Positions 20,143-29,289 of a stretch of 64,000 nt of DNA are shown one piece after another. How positions within the stretch are numbered: the stretch's first letter is position 1; every line of letters begins with the position of its first letter. This DNA comes from an uncultured Fibrobacterota bacterium (lineage in GTDB: Bacteria; Fibrobacterota; Chitinivibrionia; Chitinivibrionales; FEN-1185): contig CAVSQB010000005.1 in the NCBI GenBank assembly GCA_963729895.1, positions 288,001 to 352,000 on the forward strand, written 5' to 3'. The position numbers and the translations under genes were made by a program. The notes beneath the pieces are model-generated. The model did no database searches. It saw only the letters and a list, made by a program, of their open reading frames with translations, and was not told the origin of the DNA.

Positions 20143-20959
20143 TGCGAGGCCTTTGTGCGCGCGCCGTGAAAGGGCCGGGCCGGGATGAATCGGCGCGAAC
20201 CCGGTACTTGCGAAAGTAAAAAACCAGGTACATGAGAACGGAGATGGAGGCAAACGGAACGTAATAGAGCATCTCTTCGACCGTGGTCCGCGCCCCAAAA
20301 AGGCCGAACGCAAGAACGCTTCGGTCTTCCACCATATACCAGAGGTTGAACATGCCGATGCAGACATATTCCCAAAACAGTCCGGTTCCCCACACGATGA
20401 GGATGGTGAGGAAAAAGGCACGAACGTCGGAACGCCGGTTTGCCAGCGCGGTGAACATCAGGATCGACATGAAGGGCGAAAAGAGGTAAAAGAAAATCAG
20501 GTTTTCCAGGATGAACGTCACTCCGTGCCCGAACGTGATTGCAAGCACCGTGCTGTTTGTGTAAATCCACCCTGCGTTGTTATAGAGGAGAATCGCTTCG
20601 AAGGCAAGCAATAGGGCCCAGACGGCGATGATGCTCGGAACGCAGAGTGCGAGATCGACGCGGCCTATCCATTTCCTGAAAATCGCGAGCGTCACTATGG
20701 TGCCGGTGAAGAACGCGGCGAAGTATCCGATGTGGTGCGGTTGCCGTGGGTACAATGCGTGCCACGTGCAGATGATTGCGGCGGCGGCAACGAAGAACGC
20801 GGCCAGGAAAACGATGTCCTTCCACAGGGCCGTCTTTTGTTTCCGTTCGAGGCGGTGTTCGAATGCCGGATGGTAACGGTACCGGGAAAACACCAGGACA
20901 TACAGAAGCGCGCCGGCGGCGTACAGGATTACTTCCAGGAAGAGATACAAGCATCGCAT
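20135..20959 (-). CDS. Integral membrane lycopene-cyclase-like protein
   Basis: Multi-TM; WEY..IG..LWY...TVEEMLYY and W.Y...ILENLIFF repeats; GGGAGGG RBS. Confidence 0.55.
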   Translation of the reverse strand: MRCLYLFLEVILYAAGALLYVLVFSRYRYHPAFEHRLERKQKTALWKDIVFLAAFFVAAAAIICTWHALYPRQPHHIGYFAAFFTGTIVTLAIFRKWIGRVDLALCVPSIIAVWALLLAFEAILLYNNAGWIYTNSTVLAITFGHGVTFILENLIFFYLFSPFMSILMFTALANRRSDVRAFFLTILIVWGTGLFWEYVCIGMFNLWYMVEDRSVLAFGLFGARTTVEEMLYYVPFASISVLMYLVFYFRKYRVRADSSRPGPFTARAQRPRNA

Positions 20960-21021
20960 CGCCTTTTCCCTCCCTTCACCATGAGTGTATCACAAAAGTC
21001 AATTAAAGGCGAGGAAAAACT

Positions 21022-21392
21022 GGTTACCGAGTGTGTGCGGCGAATACCTCTGGGCCACCCCTTCGGGCGACGCCTCGAAGCACCCGAAGGGGTGTGCTTC
21101 CAAGGGTCGTCGGCCGTTCGGCCTCGGTACCGGACCGGCCCTATGCCTTCGGTCGGGGGCGGCCGGCACTACGCTTTAGCGTACCTTACAGTCGCGCCTG
21201 GCGCTTGGCAGAGGAACAATTCCACAATTGTCAATTTTTTCCATGAGATAATGCAGCCAAGACTTGACCTTTCCAGCGACACCTCGCGGGTGCCCCCCAA
21301 TTGAAGGTTTTAACTTGCAACCAGACCAGCTGGGGGTCGCCCGGCACTGCTATCCAAAAGTATTGGATTTTGATTTTCCAGCTCAGCCATCC
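21022..21392 (+). repeat. Modular repeat cluster 7 (L - 12-bp hairpin - M4 - variant M2 - R units)
   Basis: CACCCCTTCGGG...CCCGAAGGGGTG stem; TCGGCCGTTCGGCCTCGGT...CCACAATTGTCAA; CCGGCACTGCTATCC; CAGCTCAGCCATCC. Confidence 0.85.
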
Positions 21393-21528
21393 TAAATATC
21401 ACTCTGCATATTACATAATATGTATAAAATATCAGCAACAACCGCAAATATATTAAATGTATAACAGACTGATTAATAATAAGTAATAACTAATTATTTC
21501 CTACTATAATATGTAGTCCATAAAATAA

Positions 21529-21557
21529 TTGACTTTCTTTAATAATTGCGTTATATT
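21529..21557 (+). promoter_or_regulatory. sigma70-type promoter directly before the TIGR02147 gene
   Basis: TTGACT (21529-21534), 17 bp, TATATT (21552-21557), in an AT-rich tract; ATG at 21565. Confidence 0.6.
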
Positions 21558-21564
21558 TAGAGCC

Positions 21565-22410
21565 ATGAAGTCCCTTTTCGACTACACCGACTACCGCCAG
21601 TACCTGGCTGATTACTACCGTTCCAAGAAGGAGACTTCAACCGGTTTTTCGCACCGTGTGTTCCTCCGGAAGGCCGGCATGTCCGGGCCGAACTTTCTCA
21701 AGAATGTCATTGACGGAAAGAAGAACCTGTCCGCCGATTCCATAAAGAAATTCGCCAAAGCGTGCGGGCTGTCTGCAAAGGAAACCGGATATTTTTCCGG
21801 TCTTGTCCAGTACGGCCAGGCCCGCACGCTTCAGGAAAAGCAGAAGTACTTTGTCGTGCTTTCCGGATTCTCCCCTCGTTCGGAAACGCAGAAGATCCGC
21901 GCCGACCAGTTCGACTATCTTTCTCACTGGTACAACCTTGCCATCCGCGAATACATCCATTCGCACAAGTTCCTTGATGACTACCGGTCGCTTACGAGGT
22001 CGATTACCCCAAAAATCACGCCTCGCCAGGCAAAAAAATCCGTCAACCTGCTTCTTGACCTCGGGCTCATCAGGCTTGGGAATGACGGATTTTACCAGGT
22101 GAGCGACGAGATCATCTCCACGGGATCGGATATCAACAGTATTGCCGCGCGCAACCTGCATAAATCCATGATGGAAATAAGCTCTGCCATAACAGATTCG
22201 ACCCCTGCCGAAAAACAATATATGAGGACCATTACGGGCAGTTTTTCAGACGAGGCGTTCGGCCGGATAAAACTCGAACTTGACAACACGCGCAAGAGGA
22301 TCCTCGATATCATTTCAGAGGACACGGGAGCATCCAGGAAAGTGCATTCGGTGGGAATCCAGCTCTTTCCCCTTGAGCAGACGCCAAAGAAGAGAGGAAG
22401 GCCTTCATGA
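21565..22410 (+). CDS. TIGR02147-family protein (N-terminal HTH-like + DUF4423-like)
   Basis: F(D/E)Y.DYR.YL..YY, FS.R.F..KAG, V..GK.NLS, WYNLAIRE, QLFPL pattern characteristic of this paralogous family. Confidence 0.85.
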   Translation: MKSLFDYTDYRQYLADYYRSKKETSTGFSHRVFLRKAGMSGPNFLKNVIDGKKNLSADSIKKFAKACGLSAKETGYFSGLVQYGQARTLQEKQKYFVVLSGFSPRSETQKIRADQFDYLSHWYNLAIREYIHSHKFLDDYRSLTRSITPKITPRQAKKSVNLLLDLGLIRLGNDGFYQVSDEIISTGSDINSIAARNLHKSMMEISSAITDSTPAEKQYMRTITGSFSDEAFGRIKLELDNTRKRILDIISEDTGASRKVHSVGIQLFPLEQTPKKRGRPS

Positions 22411-23642
22411 AACGGTTTCTTTGTTACATCGCGCCGTTTCTGATTATGGGATTTGTTTCCTGCGGCAGGAGTCCGGTTGCCGCAACCGGCGGTTCGGGCA
22501 CCGATGTCGGATATGTGAGGGGCACGATCGTGGGGCAAGGCGGTTCGCCGGCAGCCAATACGCTCGTGCTGCTTGTTCCGGCGCAGTACAACCCGGCTGC
22601 TCCACAGCACGACAGCGCCGTTCTTGCAGACACGACGGACGATAACGGGACCTACGCGTTCAGGGTCGGCAATCCCGGACTTTATACTATAGAAGCGGTT
22701 CATTTGACCGATAGGACAAGGCTTCTGATCACCAATGTGGATGTTGCAAAGAATGATACGACCGTTGCGCCGCAAAGAACGCTGCAACAAACGGGTACGG
22801 TGGTGGTTATTATAGCGGACAGCGTGAGGCCAGTATCAGGATACGTGTATGTTCCAGGGACGACATTCTACAGCGTTTTTTCCGGAAGTTCTCCGGCCAT
22901 CGCCATGGATTCTCTGCCCGCCGGAGTCATTCCCTCGGTCCTGTTCAGTCCAGGCACGCAGCCGGAATCATCATCGGTCGCTGCGCGAAACGTGCCGGTT
23001 GCCCCGAACGATACCGTTCGAACTGCCAATTTCCGGGCGCTCTATGTCGCCAAGGATACGTCACTTGTCAGACGGGATACGCTTTTCATGCAGCGGCTGG
23101 AATCAAGGGGAATAGCCATGGTGATCAGGGTGGATGATTCGCTTTCCGCCGCAGATACCGCTAACATCAACGCGATATTCTTCGCGTCAACAATCAGCGG
23201 CCAGGCAACCGCCATTCTGCGCGTTGCACAAAAACCTGTTCTCGCCTGTGAAACGGTTCTGTTCAATGCGATGGACCTCTGCGGTCCAACAACTGGCGTT
23301 GATTTTGGAAATATCACGGACAGCATAGACAACATTTCCATCGCCGCACCGTCGCATCCGCTGGCAGCCGGCTTTACCGGGACAGTAACGGTTGTGAACC
23401 AGAACCTGGCGCTGCCGTGGGCCGCGCCGGCCGCATCCGCGACGGTTGTGTCAACTATCCCGAACCAGCCGGCACAGGCAACCATATTCTGTTATGAAGC
23501 CGGGGCTCCTCTTTACGATGCTGTGCCTGCGCCGGACCGCAGGGTGGGCATGCTGCTTAAGATGGAGGTCGTCCTTAATTTGAATGAAAACGGCTGGAAA
23601 CTTTTTGACGCTGCCGTGAACTGGTGCCTGAGGTTGCAGTAG
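22407..23642 (+). CDS. Lipoprotein with carboxypeptidase-regulatory-like/Ig N-terminal domain
   Basis: ATGA overlap with the TIGR02147 stop; lipobox FVSC; GGSGTD linker; DTTDDNGTYAF. Confidence 0.75.
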   Translation: MKRFLCYIAPFLIMGFVSCGRSPVAATGGSGTDVGYVRGTIVGQGGSPAANTLVLLVPAQYNPAAPQHDSAVLADTTDDNGTYAFRVGNPGLYTIEAVHLTDRTRLLITNVDVAKNDTTVAPQRTLQQTGTVVVIIADSVRPVSGYVYVPGTTFYSVFSGSSPAIAMDSLPAGVIPSVLFSPGTQPESSSVAARNVPVAPNDTVRTANFRALYVAKDTSLVRRDTLFMQRLESRGIAMVIRVDDSLSAADTANINAIFFASTISGQATAILRVAQKPVLACETVLFNAMDLCGPTTGVDFGNITDSIDNISIAAPSHPLAAGFTGTVTVVNQNLALPWAAPAASATVVSTIPNQPAQATIFCYEAGAPLYDAVPAPDRRVGMLLKMEVVLNLNENGWKLFDAAVNWCLRLQ

Positions 23643-23710
23643 GAGAACCATGCCGGAAGATTTCACTATGATGGAACTTCAATAATCGCATACTGCCACA
23701 AGGAGGGCCT

Positions 23711-24997
23711 ATGAATTCAACGTTCTTGTCACGAGTCTCTTTATTCTTCTGCGGCGTTGTCGGCCTCGCCATTTGTGTTCATGCGTATTCGCCGCAATAC
23801 AAGTTTTCCATAACGGGAAACCAAATCTACATCAACAATGTCGCATTCAAATCCCTCGGTCTTCGCCTATCCAATGCCATGGTGTCGGACGCAAAGACCG
23901 ATTCATTAATCATGTATCTTGACACGTTTAAATCTTACGGAATCAACTCCTTTAGTGTTTATTGGATGGGCAGCCGATTTGGCGACATCATTGGGTTCCT
24001 GCCTGATGCCAGCCTTAACCCGGTGTATACGCCGCGTATGCAACGAATCATTGAAGCAGCCGACGCGCGGGGAATGATCGTGCTGGTCGGGTGCCTCTAT
24101 TGGGGCGGCTCCGCGGCCAATAGTGCTCTTGGCGCTTGGAAGCAGACTCAGGCGAATGCAGCCATTATCAATGTTCTCAATTGGGTTCACCAGCACAACT
24201 ACCAAAACGTCTTTGTAGACCCTGATAACGAGGGTATGGCCGCGGCAGCCGGAATATGCAATACAACAACACAGATTGCCGCTGCTCACGCCGCCGACAC
24301 TTTCTCAACCGGGAAGATCATGATTGCAAGCAATACCACAGGCGCAACCGGCGCAGACATCAACATTCATTTCGGCACGTACGATGCCACAAAACCGTAT
24401 ATGGAGACCGAAGGGGTTGATGCAAATCCACCGTATTGGACGACCTATAGCAAGGATGCCAGTTTTCCAAACAATTATATCCGCATAGGTCTATATACCG
24501 CGACAATGAAAACCACTCTTGAAAATAATACCACAAATGGCGTCAGCACCCGCAACGGATGGTGGACCGCTTCTACCTGGGCACAGTGCGGGCCTGGGGC
24601 GGGCGTTACCGGGGGAACGCCTGTTGGTGGGCCTTTCATGGTGCCTGGCGGGTATTCGAATTATACAGATGCCCAAATTAATCCCGTCATCACAACGATC
24701 ATGCCCGATGCCGGTATCCGCTGGTGGCTGGAATGGCTCAAAGGCCAATACGGCGCATGGACCCCGCCGCCGCCGATGACGACGGAAGCATTAATTCCTG
24801 CTTTGTCAACAAACAAGGCCTCTGCCTATAACGAACTGAAGGTTTTCGATATGAGCGGAAGATTGCTGGAACGTTTCACTTTCAGCGGTGTAATGTCGGT
24901 TGAAAATATGCCGCGCATCAAACATGCCGGTTCCTATCTGGCGCTGTTCTGCAGGGATGGGGCGGTTGTCAATGTGAAACGGATATGCAATCCTTAA
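23711..24997 (+). CDS. Secreted clan GH-A (GH5-like) glycoside hydrolase, paralogue 1, with C-terminal sorting-like domain
   Basis: Signal peptide, ADARGMIVLV, VDPDNEG (acid/base NE), PYMETEG, C-terminal FDMSGRLL; AAGGAG RBS. Confidence 0.65.
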   Translation: MNSTFLSRVSLFFCGVVGLAICVHAYSPQYKFSITGNQIYINNVAFKSLGLRLSNAMVSDAKTDSLIMYLDTFKSYGINSFSVYWMGSRFGDIIGFLPDASLNPVYTPRMQRIIEAADARGMIVLVGCLYWGGSAANSALGAWKQTQANAAIINVLNWVHQHNYQNVFVDPDNEGMAAAAGICNTTTQIAAAHAADTFSTGKIMIASNTTGATGADINIHFGTYDATKPYMETEGVDANPPYWTTYSKDASFPNNYIRIGLYTATMKTTLENNTTNGVSTRNGWWTASTWAQCGPGAGVTGGTPVGGPFMVPGGYSNYTDAQINPVITTIMPDAGIRWWLEWLKGQYGAWTPPPPMTTEALIPALSTNKASAYNELKVFDMSGRLLERFTFSGVMSVENMPRIKHAGSYLALFCRDGAVVNVKRICNP

Positions 24998-25017
24998 CAA
25001 ATCCACAAGGAGTCGTT

Positions 25018-26193
25018 ATGAAAATGTCTTATGTTAAGTTCAGCCGCTTCGCGTTAGGCGCGATGGTGGCGCTCTCGTTCTTAATCGTTTCCGCTTCGGC
25101 ATCCCAATATGTTTTTTCGGTACGCGGCGACTCGACGGTCATCAACGGCGTGGGCTTCGTCGCCAAAGGGGTGCGTTGTTCCCAATCGCTCATCACCCAG
25201 GCGGCCACCGATTCGCTGATCTTCTATCTTGACACCTTCAAGTACTACGGATGTAATATCGTTAGTGTTTACATAATGGGTTCGCGGTACGGCAACATTC
25301 CGGGGTACAACCACGACGGTACCCTTAACCCTATCTATTCCGCAAGGCTTGGCCAGATAATTGAGGCCGCTGATTCCAAGGGCATGATAGTGCTGGTCGG
25401 GTGCCTTTACTGGGGGGGTACCACTGCAAAATTCACCGATTGGGGCCAGAGTAACGTAGACACTGCTGTTGCAAACACGGCGAGATGGATCAGTAGCCAT
25501 AATTATCGGAATGTCTTTGTTGATATCGACAACGAAGGCATGGCCGGCGGTATCATACCTAACAAGGTTGAGGCGATACAATCAGGAAGGGCAGTCGATC
25601 CTCAGATTCTTTTTTCGTGTGATTGGGGCGATGCGGCGGCGGCAGCGGCCGCGGATCTTTCAGTCCATATCGGAACACAAGTCGCAGGGAAACCCTACAT
25701 CGAGAGCGAGGGTTGCGGCACTTGGAGTTACGGTAGCGACAACTATACAGCATCGGCCATAGGTACACAACATGGTGGATGCGCCGTATCACAGGCGCAG
25801 GCTGCCGGCCCAAAAGGATTTATGTTAGCTGATATGTGGCTGCAGGCTGCCCCGCCGCTTGGTCCCAACATGAATCCGGGTGGCAACGGCACTGCCGGGA
25901 GTCCCGGAATACGCTTTTGGCTCGAAGCGCTCAAAGCCGCATGGGGCTCATGGAACCCGCCCCCGCCCCTGCAGGTTGGGGTGTCGCATGAGCTCCCGTT
26001 GCACATTGCGACTGCCGCCTATGATAACGTCAAAGTATTCGACCTGCGCGGTAAACTGGTTGCGACGTATTCTGGCAACATGCTAAACGCAAGCATGAAG
26101 CTATTATCCAGGAATACGGGCGTGAATGTCGTGGTCTACAGCAAGGGAAATGATATTATTAATATCAAATCTTTCTGCAATACGGGTCGTTGA
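25018..26193 (+). CDS. Secreted GH-A-like glycoside hydrolase, paralogue 2
   Basis: Start MKMSY at 25018 behind AAGGAG; VDIDNEG, PYIESEG, FDLRGKLV. Confidence 0.65.
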   Translation: MKMSYVKFSRFALGAMVALSFLIVSASASQYVFSVRGDSTVINGVGFVAKGVRCSQSLITQAATDSLIFYLDTFKYYGCNIVSVYIMGSRYGNIPGYNHDGTLNPIYSARLGQIIEAADSKGMIVLVGCLYWGGTTAKFTDWGQSNVDTAVANTARWISSHNYRNVFVDIDNEGMAGGIIPNKVEAIQSGRAVDPQILFSCDWGDAAAAAAADLSVHIGTQVAGKPYIESEGCGTWSYGSDNYTASAIGTQHGGCAVSQAQAAGPKGFMLADMWLQAAPPLGPNMNPGGNGTAGSPGIRFWLEALKAAWGSWNPPPPLQVGVSHELPLHIATAAYDNVKVFDLRGKLVATYSGNMLNASMKLLSRNTGVNVVVYSKGNDIINIKSFCNTGR

Positions 26194-26256
26194 AAGGTCT
26201 TTTGCAAAAAGGCGGTTTCATAATGAGATAGGCACCAATTTACAAAAGGAGTAAGT

Positions 26257-27453
26257 ATGAACCCTCTGCGTATCCTATCCAAGAAAAAAACCGGGATAGT
26301 CGTTGGAACTCTGGCCTTTGTCGGTCTGCTTTGCATGCCCTGTTTTTCCGGGCAGTATGTTTTTTCGGTTTCCGGGACAAAGACGTATTTGAACGGCCAG
26401 GAAATCCTGCTTAAAGGGTTCCGCTGCTCAAACTCGCTTATTAGCGACTCTGCCGCAAATGACTTGATAGCACATCTTGACTCATTCGAGTTATACGGCC
26501 TTAATTCGTTCAGCGTTTACTTCCAGGGCTCGCGCTACGGCAACATTGGGGGGTATAATCAGGATGCGACGCTCAACCCGATTTACAGCGCGCGCATGGG
26601 TAAAATCATTGAGGCTGCAGACGCCAAAGGAATGGTGGTCCTTGTCGGCTGTTGTTACTATGGAACAAACAATGCAAATTTTTCAAATTGGGGGCAGCAG
26701 GATTTCGAACATGCTCTTGCAAATACCGTAACCTGGGCAAAAAACAATGGTTACGGTAACGTGTTCTTTGATGCCGACAACGAAGGCATGGCCTTTCAAC
26801 AAAAGAAATATGCAAGTACGGACAGTGTGGTTATGGCTGGAAAAGCCGCAAATCCCACCGCTATTGTTGCGGGATACTTTGGGACGTGTCCTGCAGCAGC
26901 CGACCTTGCAATCCATCTTTCTTCACACGACGCCACTAAACCTTATGCCGAGACCGAAGGCGACGGTATATGGAGTTACGGAAGCGGCAATTACACCGCT
27001 TCTGCCATAGGGGTCTATGCGGCCTCGGACAAGACATCCGCGATCAGCGGCACTTTTGGTCACTTGACGAAAGGCGAAGGATATATGTATTCCTCAATGT
27101 GGCTGCAGGCAGTTCCGCCCTTAGGCCCTAATGCCGGTTTCGGCGGATACGGTTCCTCAGCGGATCCGGGGGTGCGCTGGTGGGCGGATACGATACGAGC
27201 CCACTACGGGCCGTATGTTCCGCCGGCGCCTACGGCGGTCACGGTTGCTCCCTTGTCAATTAACACCGCGACGGCCTTTGACGAGCTGAGAATTTTCGAC
27301 GTGCGCGGAAGGCTGGTGGAACGTTTTACGTTCGCCGGGAAAATGCCGATTGAAAGTATGCCGCGGATCAGGCATGCCGGCTCCTATCTGGCACTGTATA
27401 GTAACAATGGAAACGTTGTGGCCGTCAAGCGTATCTGCAATCCCGAGCGGTAA
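26257..27453 (+). CDS. Secreted GH-A-like glycoside hydrolase, paralogue 3
   Basis: FDADNEG, PYAETEG, FDVRGRLV; AAGGAG RBS. Confidence 0.65.
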   Translation: MNPLRILSKKKTGIVVGTLAFVGLLCMPCFSGQYVFSVSGTKTYLNGQEILLKGFRCSNSLISDSAANDLIAHLDSFELYGLNSFSVYFQGSRYGNIGGYNQDATLNPIYSARMGKIIEAADAKGMVVLVGCCYYGTNNANFSNWGQQDFEHALANTVTWAKNNGYGNVFFDADNEGMAFQQKKYASTDSVVMAGKAANPTAIVAGYFGTCPAAADLAIHLSSHDATKPYAETEGDGIWSYGSGNYTASAIGVYAASDKTSAISGTFGHLTKGEGYMYSSMWLQAVPPLGPNAGFGGYGSSADPGVRWWADTIRAHYGPYVPPAPTAVTVAPLSINTATAFDELRIFDVRGRLVERFTFAGKMPIESMPRIRHAGSYLALYSNNGNVVAVKRICNPER

Positions 27454-27506
27454 CAACGAGTGGTCAAAGGTAAAGATCCGGGCGCGCCGCCGCTAAATAC
27501 GGTTTT

Positions 27507-27686
27507 GAATTGTTGAGCGAGTGCGGCGATCCAATGTTAATGCGATTTTGGTTTGCCGAGGCGGTGCGGCAAATATCAAAATAAGATTCAAATTAAAATT
27601 TTGGATTGCTGAGCGTGTGCGGCGTGGAGGTACCCGTGGCGAGACCGAAACGCCTGCTGCGCGCACACTAGAAACACCCGATTAAC
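27507..27686 (+). repeat. Modular repeat cluster 8 (three L units - M1)
   Basis: L units at 27507, 27550 and 27603; spacer TCCAATGTTAATGCGATTTT resembles the one in cluster 6. Confidence 0.85.
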
Positions 27687-27993
27687 AAGACCCAGGACCA
27701 AATACACTTCGAAGTTTTAAGCCCGGCCGCAGCTGCGCCACTGAGGGGAAACTCGTGCGCTGCCTTCAATTCTTTAGTCCAAGATATTTAGTCTGCCCAA
27801 TAAACCCCCAGACTCCAGTCTGGGGATGGATGGGCTGTCAAGACGATGTGGACAACAACGTATTTTGAGTAAATGAGATTTCGGAAGGGCACCCATTGCG
27901 TATACAGAACAGAATACCACATCGTCTTGACTCCTCGATATCGTCGTCGGATATTCGTGACAGGGGTGAAAGAATATTTGGAAAAGGTACTGA

Positions 27994-29289
27994 AGGGGAC
28001 CTCTAAAAATTGCCTAATTTGCCCAATTAATGCTTGACAAAGGCTATTTCGTCAATTATTTTAATTCCAGACAACAAACCTGCGAACCCACTACCGTCTG
28101 GAGGATATTGCGATGGGACAGATAGGCCTTTTTGACCTTGAGAATCGCCTTTCCGAGCTTTCCGAAATGGGAGACCCTCTTGAAACCATCAATCGGGCCA
28201 TACGTTGGAAGAGTTTTCGTCCTGTTATTGACAAGGCTTTTCGCAAGGAACGGAAGAGCAACGCCGGTCGTCCACCGTACGATTATATCCTGATGTTCAA
28301 GATTCTCGTGTTGCAGACGATGTATGGGCTTTCCGATGCGCAAACCCAGTTTCAGATTCTGGACCGATTGACGTTCAAACGGTTTCTTGAACTCACTTCC
28401 GAGGATAGCATTCCCGACGAGAAAACGGTCTGGTTGTTTCGGGAAACGCTGACACAAGCAGGCGTTGTCAAGAAGCTGTTTGACCTGTTCGGTCGTCAGT
28501 TGAACGAAGCGGGTTACACTGCCCAGAAAGGCCAAATAATAGATGCGAGTTTTGTCGAGGTACCTCGCCAGAGAAACACGCGGGAGGAGAATAAAGAAAT
28601 CAAGAACGGGGGCACGCCGCAGGAATGGGAAAAGCACCCTGAGAAACTTCGTCAGAAAGATGTTGATGCGCGATGGACGAAGAAGAACGATCAGACGTTT
28701 TTTGGCTACAAGAACCATGCGTCGGTAGACGCGAAGCATAAAATCATTCGAGACTATGCGGCGACATCCGCAGAAGTGCACGACTCCAATATGCTTGAAC
28801 CTCTCCTTAATCCTGAGAACACGAACGCGGACGTGTTTGCCGACAGCGCGTATCATTCGGAAAAGGCGGAACAAAGGCTTGATTATCTCTGGTACAGAAG
28901 CAAAATATGTGTCAAAGGGACTCGTGGCGCACCATTGACGGAAGCACAATTGGCACAGAACCGGAAGAAATCCAAAGTCAGATCGCGTATAGAACATGTG
29001 TTTGCTCAAATAGAAATCATGTTTCGTGGCAGGATCAGGTGTATCGGGCGGCTGAGGGCCGCGGCGAAGATAGGACTCCTGAACCTGGTTTACAACATAA
29101 AACGCTTTGCATATCTTGAGTGCCACGCCTGAAAAGCGGGACAGGACCGCACAAGGCCCCCAAAGGGACCGAAAAAAGAACAGTTTTGGGCACCTATCAG
29201 ACAAATAGACGCCCTGACATCGCGAAATAATACTATCTGTCAACATGATCTTGGAATCTACTATTTTACAGAATTTTTAGAGGTCCCCT
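27994..29289 (+). mobile_element. IS5-family element 'B', copy 1 (1296 bp)
   Basis: Perfect 18-bp TIR AGGGGACCTCTAAAAATT; flanking duplication GA (or GAAG if the left end is placed 2 bp inward). Confidence 0.93.
28113..29132 (+). CDS. IS5-family transposase (element B)
   Basis: GRPPYD, IPDEKT, IIDAS, FGYKNH, ADSAY, RSRIEHVF. Confidence 0.95.
   Translation: MGQIGLFDLENRLSELSEMGDPLETINRAIRWKSFRPVIDKAFRKERKSNAGRPPYDYILMFKILVLQTMYGLSDAQTQFQILDRLTFKRFLELTSEDSIPDEKTVWLFRETLTQAGVVKKLFDLFGRQLNEAGYTAQKGQIIDASFVEVPRQRNTREENKEIKNGGTPQEWEKHPEKLRQKDVDARWTKKNDQTFFGYKNHASVDAKHKIIRDYAATSAEVHDSNMLEPLLNPENTNADVFADSAYHSEKAEQRLDYLWYRSKICVKGTRGAPLTEAQLAQNRKKSKVRSRIEHVFAQIEIMFRGRIRCIGRLRAAAKIGLLNLVYNIKRFAYLECHA

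Noticed and set aside
9442..21392. Integron cassette array with attC sites
   Set aside because: No consistent RYYYAAC/GTTRRRY ends, no integron integrase, clusters are too long, and the genes have their own upstream regions
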